Below are positions 49,550 to 61,306 of a stretch of DNA of 64,000 nt, piece by piece (within the stretch, counting starts at the first letter, position 1; every line of letters starts with the position of its first letter). Below the pieces are notes generated by a model. The model was not told the origin of the DNA. It searched no databases and saw only the letters and a list, made by a program, of their open reading frames with translations. The translations under genes and the position numbers were made by a program. Source of the DNA: Eutreptiella sp. 'Long Island Sound 2002' (lineage: Eukaryota; Protista; Euglenida); assembly GCA_964036045.1 (NCBI GenBank), contig OZ038378.1, positions 21,886,001 to 21,950,000 of the forward strand, written 5' to 3'.

Positions 49550-52500
49550 TTCTACAACTTTTTTTCACAAATTTTCGTATTTTTGAAGGGGCCCCACCAC
49601 AACAAAACCCGCAATTGTACGAAATAGGCCCCCACCCCAACCCCACCCCTACCCCTATGCCTAATACAGATTTGTTTCTTTTTCACAAAGATATAACAAG
49701 CCGTTGATCATGCTATGTGCTACTGATTTTGTTCATTTGACCAGTGTCATGGTGGACGGCAACAACATCTACTGAGAACTGCGGGGGGTTACCAAAGAGG
49801 ATGAACAGTTGATCTGCCATCTCTTCTTGGGTGGCCGGTATGGTTTTGGTGTGCAGTGCTGCAAACAGCACATTCTCATAGACACAGACACAACGCAACG
49901 CATCACCAACCATGTTCCCAAGCAAGGTGTGACGCCAATAGGTAGTATTAATATGTGTTCGCAAACAAACTACGGTGCAACGTTGCCGGTTATTGATATG
50001 CTTCGCTTTGTTTTCACACATTTCCTTCTATCTGTAACATACTGCAAGTCCCACCCTTTGAACATGCCAACACCGTATATCGGCAACAACAAGAAGATAA
50101 CCGTGCACTTGATGGGCGATAATAATAATGCTGATGGTGTGTACAGCAGCCCATGTAAGGAAGAATGCATGCATGTATACCACACATATGGTGGCGCTAA
50201 CTGTTTGTTTCTACACACACACTAAACCCGCCCCAAACAAATATGAATCCATTGCCATGGCAAGCCAATTTATACTTCAAGGAGACCAACCTCCTGCCAT
50301 AATACTTATGAATATATGGTTCAAAAAACGCATGTCGAATCACACCGTTTGTATTATCCAATATGACTCCAAAAACCAGATCGTCATTCCCATCTTACCA
50401 TGCCAATATCACGGCGCTCAATCGGATTTGTGGTTGCGTCACATGTTCAGATGGAAAGATTTGAAGAATACATATCCATCGTTGAAAGCAGTTTGCCTGC
50501 TACTACTCAGTAATCCGCGAGGCGTGTGACCCCCATGTTCTAATCCTCTCATCTCAGGATTGGATTTCATTGAGATCCATGGAGCCAAGAATTATCCATT
50601 CCTAAACAGCTCCTGCGGCTGCCTTTGCTTTTGCTCGAAATTAGTCTTGATATGGATGCATTTGTATGCACCTCTAAGGCAACAGCCCACAGTAAGCTCA
50701 CAAATGTATACGAGGCACCAAGACACCGCTTCGTTCCCGTCAAACGGGGACTGAACCTAATGCAGTGGATACCAAACATCGTGCAATCATTATGGACTGA
50801 CAAATGGTATGTGTGCCTGTAGGAGATGGAGTGCTTCTGCACATAGGCAAAGGCCACCTTACAGATGTGCACCTTGCCTTGTGCCACTACATGACCGCCG
50901 TTGCCTTTCCCGCTTGCCTTTCCGGTGCACTTGCATTTTGCAGATGGTTTTTGATCATGGTATAGGTGTCGGCTACGCAGAACGCACCACCACTGTGACA
51001 TTGACAAGAGTGCCTCCATACAGTCTTGGACTTTGTAGTTTGACTCGTTGTACAAGAAAAAGTGGCTCTAATATGCAGAGTCTGGGAAAATCGTGTACCA
51101 CCGTGCAAGCATCTGGATTGCAGTCTGCTCCTGAAATGTTTCCAAGAGTTCGGATCCCGTCTTAATGCCTAAGCCGTTCCACCTGAAAACATACACTGCA
51201 AAGCACGTGATACACTGGGTACATACGACACAGCTCTGTTATGTGACATTGCAGTTGAGCTACTGATTAAAGACCAAGGCTACAACTACATTACTCCATG
51301 GCGGACAAAGGCAGTAGGGCGTGGGGTGGAGGGGAGTAGGGCTCAGCACCCTGCCTGTCCTCTGGCAACCTTCGGTAAATTCCTCTGCCTACCATGTTCG
51401 TGCGTGCAGGTGCAGGTTCTGATGTGCTCTCCAACCACCGTGGGCAGTCAGATCTTACCCTGGACCCCAGACAATCGATACCCAGAGGCGCTGCTCAAGA
51501 GAGGAGCGACCATCTGAGGGCACCCATGCCACACCAGAATACACAGGCCTCCTTCAGAATAAGACCCAGCTGAAATGAAATGCGCAGCGCCGCTAAGCAT
51601 TGAACGTCAAAAGTTTGGAAGGTTCACTCCACAAGCTGCAATAAGCCATCCCATGCTGTGACTGGTCTATCTTTCTTGATGTGTTTGCTCTCTGGGCCTG
51701 GACCTATAACCACGGGAAACCAAGAAAAAGGGCCCACCAATTCTGAGGTGCCAGACCCCGACCCACCCAACCCACTTTCTTAGCCCACGCAAACTGCACC
51801 CTGTTTTGCGCATCAAACGCGCAGAGAAGGACTGGTTCACAACAGTGCAAAAAAACTATTTTTTTGGATATTTGATAAACGTGTTTTTGGGCATTGTGAA
51901 ATAAATTGTTTTTTAGGCATTACGCAACTCCGTGTTCCGAAATGGGACGTTTTTTATATTTTATGGTGCTCTGAGTGCGCGAGGCCTCGCGCACCCGAGA
52001 TATTCGAGGTAGAGTTTACTAGGAAACCATAAAAACCGCAAGGACTGGAGGTTGTGTAAGTACACAGCTTTCACACGTTATTAAAACTCACGTTGTATTG
52101 ACGAAGGAGCATTGAAAGTGTATGACGGCCAGACTTCCCATGTTCGGTGAAACACATACACTCTACAATAAAAATAAAATACAAATTTAGGCATCCGGAG
52201 TGCGCGAGACCTCGCGCACTCTGATCACGTTATGTAATGGTTTACGGGGTGGATATGACGCGTAAGACTGCAGGTGCAGTACCATACTGACAAGCACATT
52301 TGATTTTTGCGGTGTAGGTGTGTGTAGACACAGTGTTGGTCACGTATGACATGGTACACAACATTGTCCAACGGAAACAATCAGTGCGCGAGGCCTCGCG
52401 CACTCAAACCACACAAGGAAATGAAAAAGCGGGCAGGTCAGGCTACGCCGGCATTTACATTCCCTTTCAAGGCTACCACTTGTGACTGTCGATTATACAT

Positions 52501-52870
52501 CGGTAACCTTCGTCGTATCCGTCATGGGGGTCAGGGGAATGATTTTCTTTTTTCCAACAGCCACTCAATGGGAGACGTGTCCAATTTTAATGGCGGCCGT
52601 AGCCTTCGCTGCCCGAAGGATAGGGTTTTTTTTTTCAACTGGGATTAAGGAAGAAAACGGAACAGGAGATTGTGGTTGGAAAAACGGTTTTCGGTTACTG
52701 GCAACGGAGCGCACGCAGACACCAAATACAAATTGCGACGGCAGCGTGCGCACTAATAATGACGACAGGAAAAGGCCAGCTGTTTTCAAACACGCTGTTT
52801 TTAAAGAACGCTGTGCAAAACGATAATTAAAATATGTGAGCAAATTCAATTTCACACAGAAATACGCAGA

Positions 52871-54697
52871 ATGCCGCTTCGCGCCAGAAAATCAGTAACG
52901 CATCGAATGATTGCAGAAGTAAGCAAAGGAGCAGCAACACTAAGAGAGGCATGCGTTGTAGAACAAGCATACCAAACAGATGACGACTTGTGGAACGGAC
53001 TGAAACGAAACGACCTGGCGGCGCAACTGGTGTTAACATTTGCACAGCGACTCAGGTTCAACAAAAGAACGCGACACAGTTTACCAGCAGCTAAAAGGCA
53101 GGAGGACAAGCGTTGGGTGCGCATTTTGCGACAAGAGGGCTGGAACCTGTACCTGTTGATGCGTCAACGGGCAGTACCAAACAGAAAAAAACCGGGAAAC
53201 ACGACAAGGTACCTAACACAAACAGAAAGACGAACGAAAGTACGACTTGGGCAAGCAGACGCCTGCGCAGATACAGTGGACGAATAGGCGGCAGCAGCAC
53301 TTAAAGCAACGTGGACACTGGTGCTTGCATCGTGTTGCGTGCTGTGGATCGACAACTGGTACCGGGCACAATACACGACACACCCAGACGAAAGTGACCG
53401 GTCGCAAAACTGTACTGCAATGGCAGTACTTCAACTAAAGCAGAGACCAACGTACTGGGCAGGACACCCAGCCATTGAGGACCTGGCAGCACGCATAACG
53501 ACAGTCGCACGGGCTATGCAACAGCGCGAAAGGAGAATCCACCAGACTCTGCGTGACATGGGATATGTGGATGGTTGTGTACCAGATACCGGAAATGTGA
53601 GAGCACCGTTGGATGTGTGGAGGGATACAACGACCGTGCAGGCACCGGTGTGGCGCCTGTTTGCCCTGTCGAAAGAAAAGGTCACCTGCGGTGTCGGTCT
53701 GTTAAACTTGTTGCAGTTTGCGAAGGACACAGCACAACAAACAAACAGGGTTTTGCCGCTGTTGGTTGACGAAAACATACACTACAGGATACTAAAACTG
53801 TTGTATGGGGCAAAGAACCAACGATGGAACATGCGTGCCTAACTCCGGTACGTACCTGTAGTTTACGGTGTTTGGCACGCCTACAAGTTTGTTGTTACAC
53901 CGACTTTTCGGGTGTTCTGGCCCATTCTAACTTACCTACGGAAAGGCCTGCTACGCCCGGGTTCAACCATACTATCATACCCAAAACTGATAGTTATGGA
54001 AAAAACTATTGCTGCGCTTATGCTTGCCACAACCAGGATACTACGCCCGTTTCGTCGCAAGGCACAGGCTGCAACTGCAATCAGTGGTCGTGACACGGCG
54101 CATGCCAACAGGGCAGCAGTGGCAAACGGAGTGTTGTGTTTGTTGTCGGAATGGTGCCCGTTGTTGTTGTACCTGGGTCACCTGGTACGGGAGTGCACCT
54201 GGGCGGGGGAAAATAACAGTACGGGGTCGCGGGCCGAGGAGGTGTTGCAGTTGAGTTTGTGTCTATTGCAGAGGTTGCGACGCGGACCGTGTGACACCGT
54301 TCTGAAGTACGAACGCACCATCATGTGCACATTGCTGTACAACAGCAAGTGGCACTAGGACCTGCCCGGTCAGGCACACTCAGAGGAGTTTGGTGAGGGG
54401 ATGTTGAGCAAGCTGGTGCGCGAGGAGGCAAAAAACACCGGTTCTGTTACTGTTGAGGAGGTGGAAAACCATTACCTGTTACTACAAGTTGGTCCAGGTG
54501 GCAAACGCGTGGGTGTGCAAAACGTTCCCAAGAACCTGGTACTTGGTCACTGCGTGCTGGATGCCCTCATTGACCAAAAGACAAACCCCACAAACCAACT
54601 GAAACGGAAACTGGATGCTGCTGTGGGGAGGAGGACAGACATGGATGCCGACAGACAGGAAGCAGCAACGCGCAACGTGCGCCAACGCGTGCGGTAA
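52871..54697 (+). pseudogene. DDE transposase-like protein with RAG1/Transib-like motif order, disrupted by three in-frame stops
   Basis: ORFs 52871, 53321, 53912 and 54401 are all in one frame, separated by single stops: TAG 53285, TAA 53840, TAG 54356. About 608 codons in total. Motifs in order: LWIDNW (D at 53351), LLVDENIH (D at 53768), GVWHAYK (53867-53887), HSEEFGEG (54377-54400). Superfamily assignment is by motif memory only. Confidence 0.6.
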
Positions 54698-54946
54698 CTG
54701 ACACCCGCAGTGCGCGAGGCCTCGCGCACTAAAGGACACGAGAAACGGGTCTGTAATGCGATGTGAGTGCGCGAGACCTCGCGCACTGAGTAGATCGCTA
54801 AGTCCCGTGGAATTGGTCGCAGCAAAGGCGGTTGTGTAACAGATTTGCGAAAACAAGTGGCAAAATGGCGTTTCGACTGAATTCAGAGCCCAAATGACCG
54901 TGTTTCGTGTCATGCCATCTGCCCTTTTTAGGTATTTTTTGGCACC

Positions 54947-57902
54947 ATGAGTCAACCAGGGTCGCCAAAACGTAGACCACCAGACGCAGCGGCCGTGGAG
55001 TCATCACCAGGAACCGACCAAGGGGACACGCCGAAGAAAGGGCGCAAGAAGAAGGGGGATAAGAAGCCGATACCGGAGATGAAGCTCACAGTTGACATTC
55101 AACAGTGGCTGCGGAAGGAGAATGGAAAAGCAGTGAAGACAAAGATTCTTGATTTGAAGATTGACAAGACCAAGGAGCGGGGACAGATCCGAGCCATCAA
55201 CCACGACGACGTTGGCAAAAAAGTGGCGGGATACCAAGCGTTGCCGCCACCCGGACCGTTGCGCGTAACCGCATGGGAGGACAGTGGTATGACTCGCTTC
55301 GCATTTTTGCATAAGGTCGACAACATTTCTTCTCCCTGTTGTGCTGTGGTACATGATTTGCGTTGCAGATGGCTCGCTTTACGTTCTGAATGGGCAACAC
55401 GGGACAGAAACATGCAGGGCGATTCAGGACATGCGGCTCGCAGAAGGCAAAGAACTGGAGGACTGGCAAGAATATTGCTATGTTGACATTCTCAAGTACG
55501 AAACGCCTTGGAGGATCCGGGCCAAGGTTGCAAGATTACAGCAAGCTGGCAGCCAGTCTATGACGTGGATTCCGCTGTCCGATGCGCTAGACAACATGTT
55601 GTTGTACATTGAGGACCATAAGCGGGAAAAGGAACCACAGGATTTCGAACGGTTCAAAACTGCTGTTGTCCAGGTTGCCGTCAACTCTGCGTTTCTTGCC
55701 CCCGAGCAGTTGGAAGAACCAGGGCACACAGTATGTGTTGGTGCCTCACACGGTCGCAGTGCGCAAGGTCTCGCGCATTCTATGGCACGGTTTTCCTTCG
55801 TAGGACGCGACATTCAAGCACTGGAGGGACATCACCTCCTTGGCATACTACTGCGGCCACGACGCGGTTACTGGTATGAGGAACCTCGAGGGTAAGAGCA
55901 GGAAAGAGGACGTCACAAAGAATGCCTTCAAGAAGCTGGAGGGGCTGCATCTGCCAAGTTTATTGCAGAAGGTCTGCGCGCATATGAACCTGAAGGATGC
56001 GACCATACGCAGTACCCAGGCCCACATTGACGCGTTGATTACGGAACAATGGGTTACTTTCCACCTTGACCATCCGGACAATAAGTATTTCGTCAACCAA
56101 ACCGCAGGTAGGCGTCGGTTTCGCAGCGTCAGTGCGCGAGGGCTCGTGCACTCTCCCGCCTTTTCCACATCTACACAGCTGCCGATGCGAAGATCCGAGC
56201 AGAAGTCGCAGCACTGGGCACGTCGCAACTGAAGATTGGCCTCGGAAACTGGGGTTATTGGGAAGACGCAAAAAGTTTGAAGTACCGGTCGCCGTGGCCA
56301 AAGTGGAAAACGTTGACCGGTGCACCTCTGTGGCGGACTGGGGACAAGGGAGCACCTCCGTCACCGCAGACCCTGTCCGTGCGGAAACAACTGCAAAGGA
56401 AGGCTGAGGCACCAGCATCGGCGCCGGCGACACAGACACAGTTGAGTACTGGCGAAGTGATCAATGTCTCCAAGCAGGACGACCAAGGGACCAAGTGCAC
56501 TTTGACAGCATGCCGTATTGAGGATATCGAAGATACACCACCGGCCCGTTTCCGGGACTTGCAGTACCCGTTGTGGGTTGTCAACGCTGACCTTTTCGTG
56601 GAATATGACTCTGCAGGATTCGTTCCTACGTGGTTGTTCGATGTGATGATGTTGGGTAAGGATCTCATTTTCTATGGCGACACTGATGTGGTGTACCGTA
56701 TTGGCCGAGACATTCAGAGGCTCTGGCGTATCGAGAAGGAGAATGATCCAACTACAGTGCCTTTCTATCATGCCCAGTTGCCGGTATACTCTTGGATGTC
56801 GGGTTCCGTCACAACCAACATGTATCAGTTTGACGAGCACACCATGTGGATTGGAACAACGAGTCGCTGGGATAAGCAGGTATATCTGCCGCTTTCGCCG
56901 TTTTTGACGCCGTTGAGTGCACGAGGCCTCGCGCACTGCTGTCTCAGTTATTCGTCTGTATTCATCGCATTTGCAGTTGCCCAACTATGTGACGTATTCC
57001 GCTGGAGATTTCGAAGAGATGCAGAACAAGAACCTCGGTGGCTTCATGCCTCTGATTCACGTGCTGTGGTACCTTGACAAGTATCTGGTAGATTGTGGGA
57101 ATGCTGATGCAGTGGTTGTTGTGGATGAGACGCCGGCCATGGCCGCAAAGATTACGATGTCGGACGGGAGGACTAAAGTGGCGTTTCTGGCTGTGTCAGC
57201 GATCAAGCAAAAGGACCTTAGCAATGCCGTTGGAGGTGCTCTGCAGCATGCCATCATCATGCGGTACATGTTGGAAGACGATCAGACGGAGCAGGGAGCG
57301 ACAACTGCAACTTGGGATACTCAAGAAGAGTGGCTTCTGCGTGGCATTCCACTCTGGGTTTTGGACAGCAACCGAGGTCACGAAGGGCACCAAAAGGTGC
57401 ATGCTGCTGAAGCCGCCCAAGAACAGATCGTGACTGAGGCACCCGTTGACGAGAGTGAGTCCACTGCGCCTAAGCCTGCACCTATCCTGCCCAAGCTGAA
57501 GAAGACTGCCCAAGTTGTACCAACTCGGGGTACTGCAGCCGGAAAAGGAACCCCCTCGGGTAGCAAGAAGCAGGCAAAAGAAAAAGGAAAAGAATCGGAC
57601 AAGCCGGAAGAATCAAACAATGACGATGGCGACGAGATGATCCCGAGCAAGTACTGGAGCCACAGCGCAAGCGGAAGCGGGCGCCCGCCTCTCACTTTGA
57701 TGCAAGTCCCGATGATTCGGGTAAGGACCAGCCAAAGTTGAAAGCGAAGACTGCTGCAAGTGCTAGTGCAGAGTTCAAGCCGCCATCGCGTTCTGGTGCT
57801 CAGCCATCCCGTGGTACCGTTACCTCCCCAAGTGGGGGAAGTTCGGTGGCAAGGAGCCTGAATTCCAGGTTGGCTAAGGTTGCAGGACCGAAGAAGAAGT
57901 AG
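54947..57902 (+). pseudogene. Five-exon gene (~875 aa) with N-terminal ParB/Srx-like domain and basic NLS-like ends; one frameshift near 57635
   Basis: Exons 54947-55286, 55369-55730, 55804-56107, 56179-56879, 56977-57902. Four short GT-AG introns (82, 73, 71, 97 nt) with matching phases. The spliced GQIRAIN...PLRVTAWEDSDGSLYVLNGQHG resembles the ParB-type R...P.....y.v.dGxHR pattern. A frame change near 57635 recovers DDPEQVLEPQRKRKR...PKKK*. Confidence 0.7.
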
Positions 57903-60900
57903 GTCACGATTAACCCAGGTGTTTTTCTCTTTTTTTGCAGTCATGTGTGCGCGAGGTCTCGCGCACTCGCCTTCGACGCGAATGCATTTATATGTCCTTA
58001 AGGGCTTGTACATTTTTGCCGAGCTTTTATTTCAGAGTTTGCATGTAGTGCATTTCGTGTCGTGTTTTCGTTGCCTTCTGTACACAATTGTTTCCACGAC
58101 CTTGAGTGCGCGAGGCCTCGCGCACTGAGGGACAGAAAAAAGTAATTTATTTCGCAGGACAAACTTTGGTACAACTGGAGTTCCACAGAATTTCATTTTT
58201 GAAAATGAGCTTCTGAAAAGGCACGTGCTTGTGGGATTTTGAAATACAAAAACAACAACATTGGTAATACGCACCCTTCAAATCAATCAAAATAATAATT
58301 TATTTTGGTAAAGAAAATCTTAAAAAAAGCAGCAACTTGCGGAAAAAACAATTTTTTTGGTGATGTCTGATTCATGCGTGCTGCAAATGTCCAAAAAGAA
58401 TAGTTTTTTTGGTTGCCATTTTTTGTGTCCGCCCCTTCCAAAAGGGGGTGCAGTTTGCGTGGGCTAAGACTTTATGGAGCCAATTGTCAGTGAATGTGGT
58501 GTTGCTCATGTCTAATGGTGTTTGCTTTGTACTTGGAGGTTGGTTTTCATAGGGCATTTCTTTTGTTGCATCCGTCACAGTTGCATGCACAGAAATGCAG
58601 CAGCAAATTGCGACCGCTCGCCCAACAATGACTACAACAGCATCGGGGTTCTAAGTCTTTCTTGAAAATCCATGAAGACAAAAGGACAGCAGCTTAAGTC
58701 ATGCATGCCAGGGGTGGATATAGTGGGGGGGGCGTCCCCCCCAAGCCCCCCCCCCCCCCGATGACGATTACCATTACGATTTACCCGTGACTGAACTAGC
58801 AATTTTGCCAGCAGTTTCACAAGAGGACTGATGGCCAGAAAAAGCGCCAGAGCAGGATTTGAACGCAAGGCAGTCAATTCGTGAGCCTAGGCATATACCG
58901 CTGTACTACTGAGCCATCCTTCCAGCCCTCAACACCAGACAATACATTGCACAGGGGTTGGTGTATCCCATGACGACAGTCCACACAGTGCAATCATTTC
59001 TTGACACATTTTGCCAAAATGGCTTGCAATTCCGAATCATCTGTGCCTGAACTGCCTGAGCTAATCGTAATTGCAATCATTCCGTCATCACTGCCTCCTG
59101 GCTCAACAGCCCCCCCCCCCACCCCACCCCAACCTTGGTAATGTCGTCACAATCATATCCACCCCTGATGCATGCAATTGCAGCTCCCAGAGGACCCCAT
59201 GAGGACCCCATGAATGCGCTGCATTCCCATGTATGCTGCCAAGCCCAGAGGTGCAGCTTACGTAGAGGGATTAGACCATCCTACACCAGTTGTACTACGC
59301 CGTACCACCAGCCTTCATGGAACCCCGCGCCCCACCACAATGCAGTGTCCACGAGAACCCGCAGGAGCCTCCTCACCACCTTACTAACACCCTGACTAAA
59401 AGAGGGGCGTGCCCAGCCACAAGCCGCCATGCTCCAGGGCACGAACTTGCAATCAGTACACAGCCATGCAGAGTGTGGGCAGGCACACCAGTGTCCACTT
59501 CTCCGCTGGTAAAATGCGCATCCCCCGAAGGAGGTCCTGCTCATTCTCCAGGGCACACAGTTTGCCAACGGCTACATCGATAGCCCATTGGGTGGCAGGG
59601 AACCGCTCTGACCCACAGCGTAGTGACTTGTTGAGCGGCACATACGCTGGTCCAGTGTAGAGACGCAGCCCTGAAAATGTACGCATGGATGTTTGTGTAT
59701 ACAAGCTGCGAGTACACAAGGGTTGCATGAAGGGTCAGGGAGCGAGAGGCACTCCCACACACGGCCCCACAGAGTTTGGTGCAACGGAAGGACGAGGGGG
59801 CAAGCACAGGGCCGTGAAGCTGCCGGACAAAAGCTAGGACAGACCCAGATTACAATGTGAAGATTGCAGCTAGTACGACAGTTTTTTCCATTGTGGTACA
59901 ATTGTATACACTTGTTTGTGTCCTTTTGGCTGCCGTTTTCTGCCAAAACAGGGCAAATGTGCAAATTGATCTTTGACACCATCACACCATCAATGTGAAC
60001 ACTACGGCCCTGGCTTGACGTGCAAAGTGTGGAAAGGATCCCAGCCCAGCCTGCGATCTGCCCTGCAATGTGATTGGCATGAGGAAATGACATGCACAAC
60101 TGTTCATTCACTATCAGACCATGAACTCACCCCAGACGTGGCATGCACAGGCACATGCACATGCACCAACCAAACCAAAGGCAAAATCTCAGGACAAGCA
60201 TATGTGCTGGCACATGTGGAGACATGGCAAGCATCTCATACCAACTACTTCAGCTGCAGTGAGTCCCACAGCCTTGGCCAATTCAGTATTCATGAATGTC
60301 TCTGTTGTCCAGCCTTCGTGCCCTATAACATATGCAAAAAGAAAAAAAGCAATGAGTATGTAAGAGCCCCCATCACAACTGAGGGGTGAAGAGTCACAAT
60401 GGAGCGCTGAATGAACATTGGACATAAAAAAATGGGGAGGGAATGCGGAATGGTGTACACTTCAGTAGCGTGTCTCATTGTTGAGAAGACCCAATTGTTT
60501 CAGCATGGCTGCAATCCTCGCCCGGCTTGTGAGTCCAGAAGGGGCATGGGCACCTGTGGAAAGCAAAAGCAATCCAAATAAGTCTGAGAACCGTCCTCTG
60601 TTTGCAAATTTGGCCTCCATCGGGCTTCACATGGACCACTACTTCGTTGTGCCCCAGCCAATTACCCTCAAATAAACCAAAGACCCCCAGCACACCCAAC
60701 TGCCACCCAAGCTCCTGAAACACCTGCGGTGTGTTCTGGGTGTGTGTGTGTGTGTGTGTGTGTATGTGACGCCCAAATATTTCAACCAAATCAATAGCGT
60801 TTGCTATAAACATCACCACTCTACAGCTCTGTCCGCACTGCAGCAATGTGTGAGTGTGTGTGTGTGTGCGTGTGTGTGCGTGTGCGGGGGTGCGTGTGCG

Positions 60901-61306
60901 TGTGCGTGTGCGTGTGCGCGTGTGCGTGTGTGTGTGCTCTGCTGTACTATGTATGAAGGCAGCTGCCTATTAAGGTCCTGGACGCTCGTGTGCAGGGTGG
61001 GGAGGGGGGTTAGCGGATTAGGACTCGTTGACTGCCTGCACTACCCTCCCCCGCCTGCCCCGTGGTTCGTGGCGTGGCGGAAGGACCAGGGCCTCCCGGT
61101 CAAGTCGCCTCACCAGACGCCCTCCCCTGCACCCTAGCTGCTGCCATCCCCCCTGGGTACCTGCACTTTCCCCAAATTCAGTGGGAAAATCAGACAGCCC
61201 CCCCCCCCCCCCGGTCTCGTATTGACGCAATCCCCTGGGTGCCACTGGTGAAGACTGGGGCCAGACTGGGGCTGGGGCTGGGGCAGGGGCTGGGGCAAGT
61301 GCAGAC

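Larger units (their letters stand above)
51974..58126. repeat. Ten dispersed copies of 22-bp palindrome AGTGCGCGAG-NN-CTCGCGCACT
   Basis: Copies start at 51974, 52199, 52383, 54709, 54766, 55758, 56131, 56916, 57946 and 58105. Central dinucleotide is GC x5, AC x2, GT x2, GG x1, with 0-2 arm substitutions per copy. I saw none elsewhere in the window. Confidence 0.97.
51848..58411 (+). mobile_element. Two-gene DNA-transposon-like element (~6.6 kb) with imperfect TIRs and a dispersed palindrome array
   Basis: caaaaaaactatttttttggatatttg (51848-51874) versus reverse complement of 58384-58411, caaaaaaactattctttttggacatttg (1 indel, 1 mismatch). AT-rich subterminal zones, two co-oriented genes, ten 22-bp palindromes. 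No TSD found. Confidence 0.75.

Noticed and set aside
51974-58126. CRISPR array interpretation of the repeated palindrome
   Set aside because: Spacing ranges from 57 bp to 2.3 kb, the intervening DNA is coding, there are no cas genes, and the context is eukaryotic.
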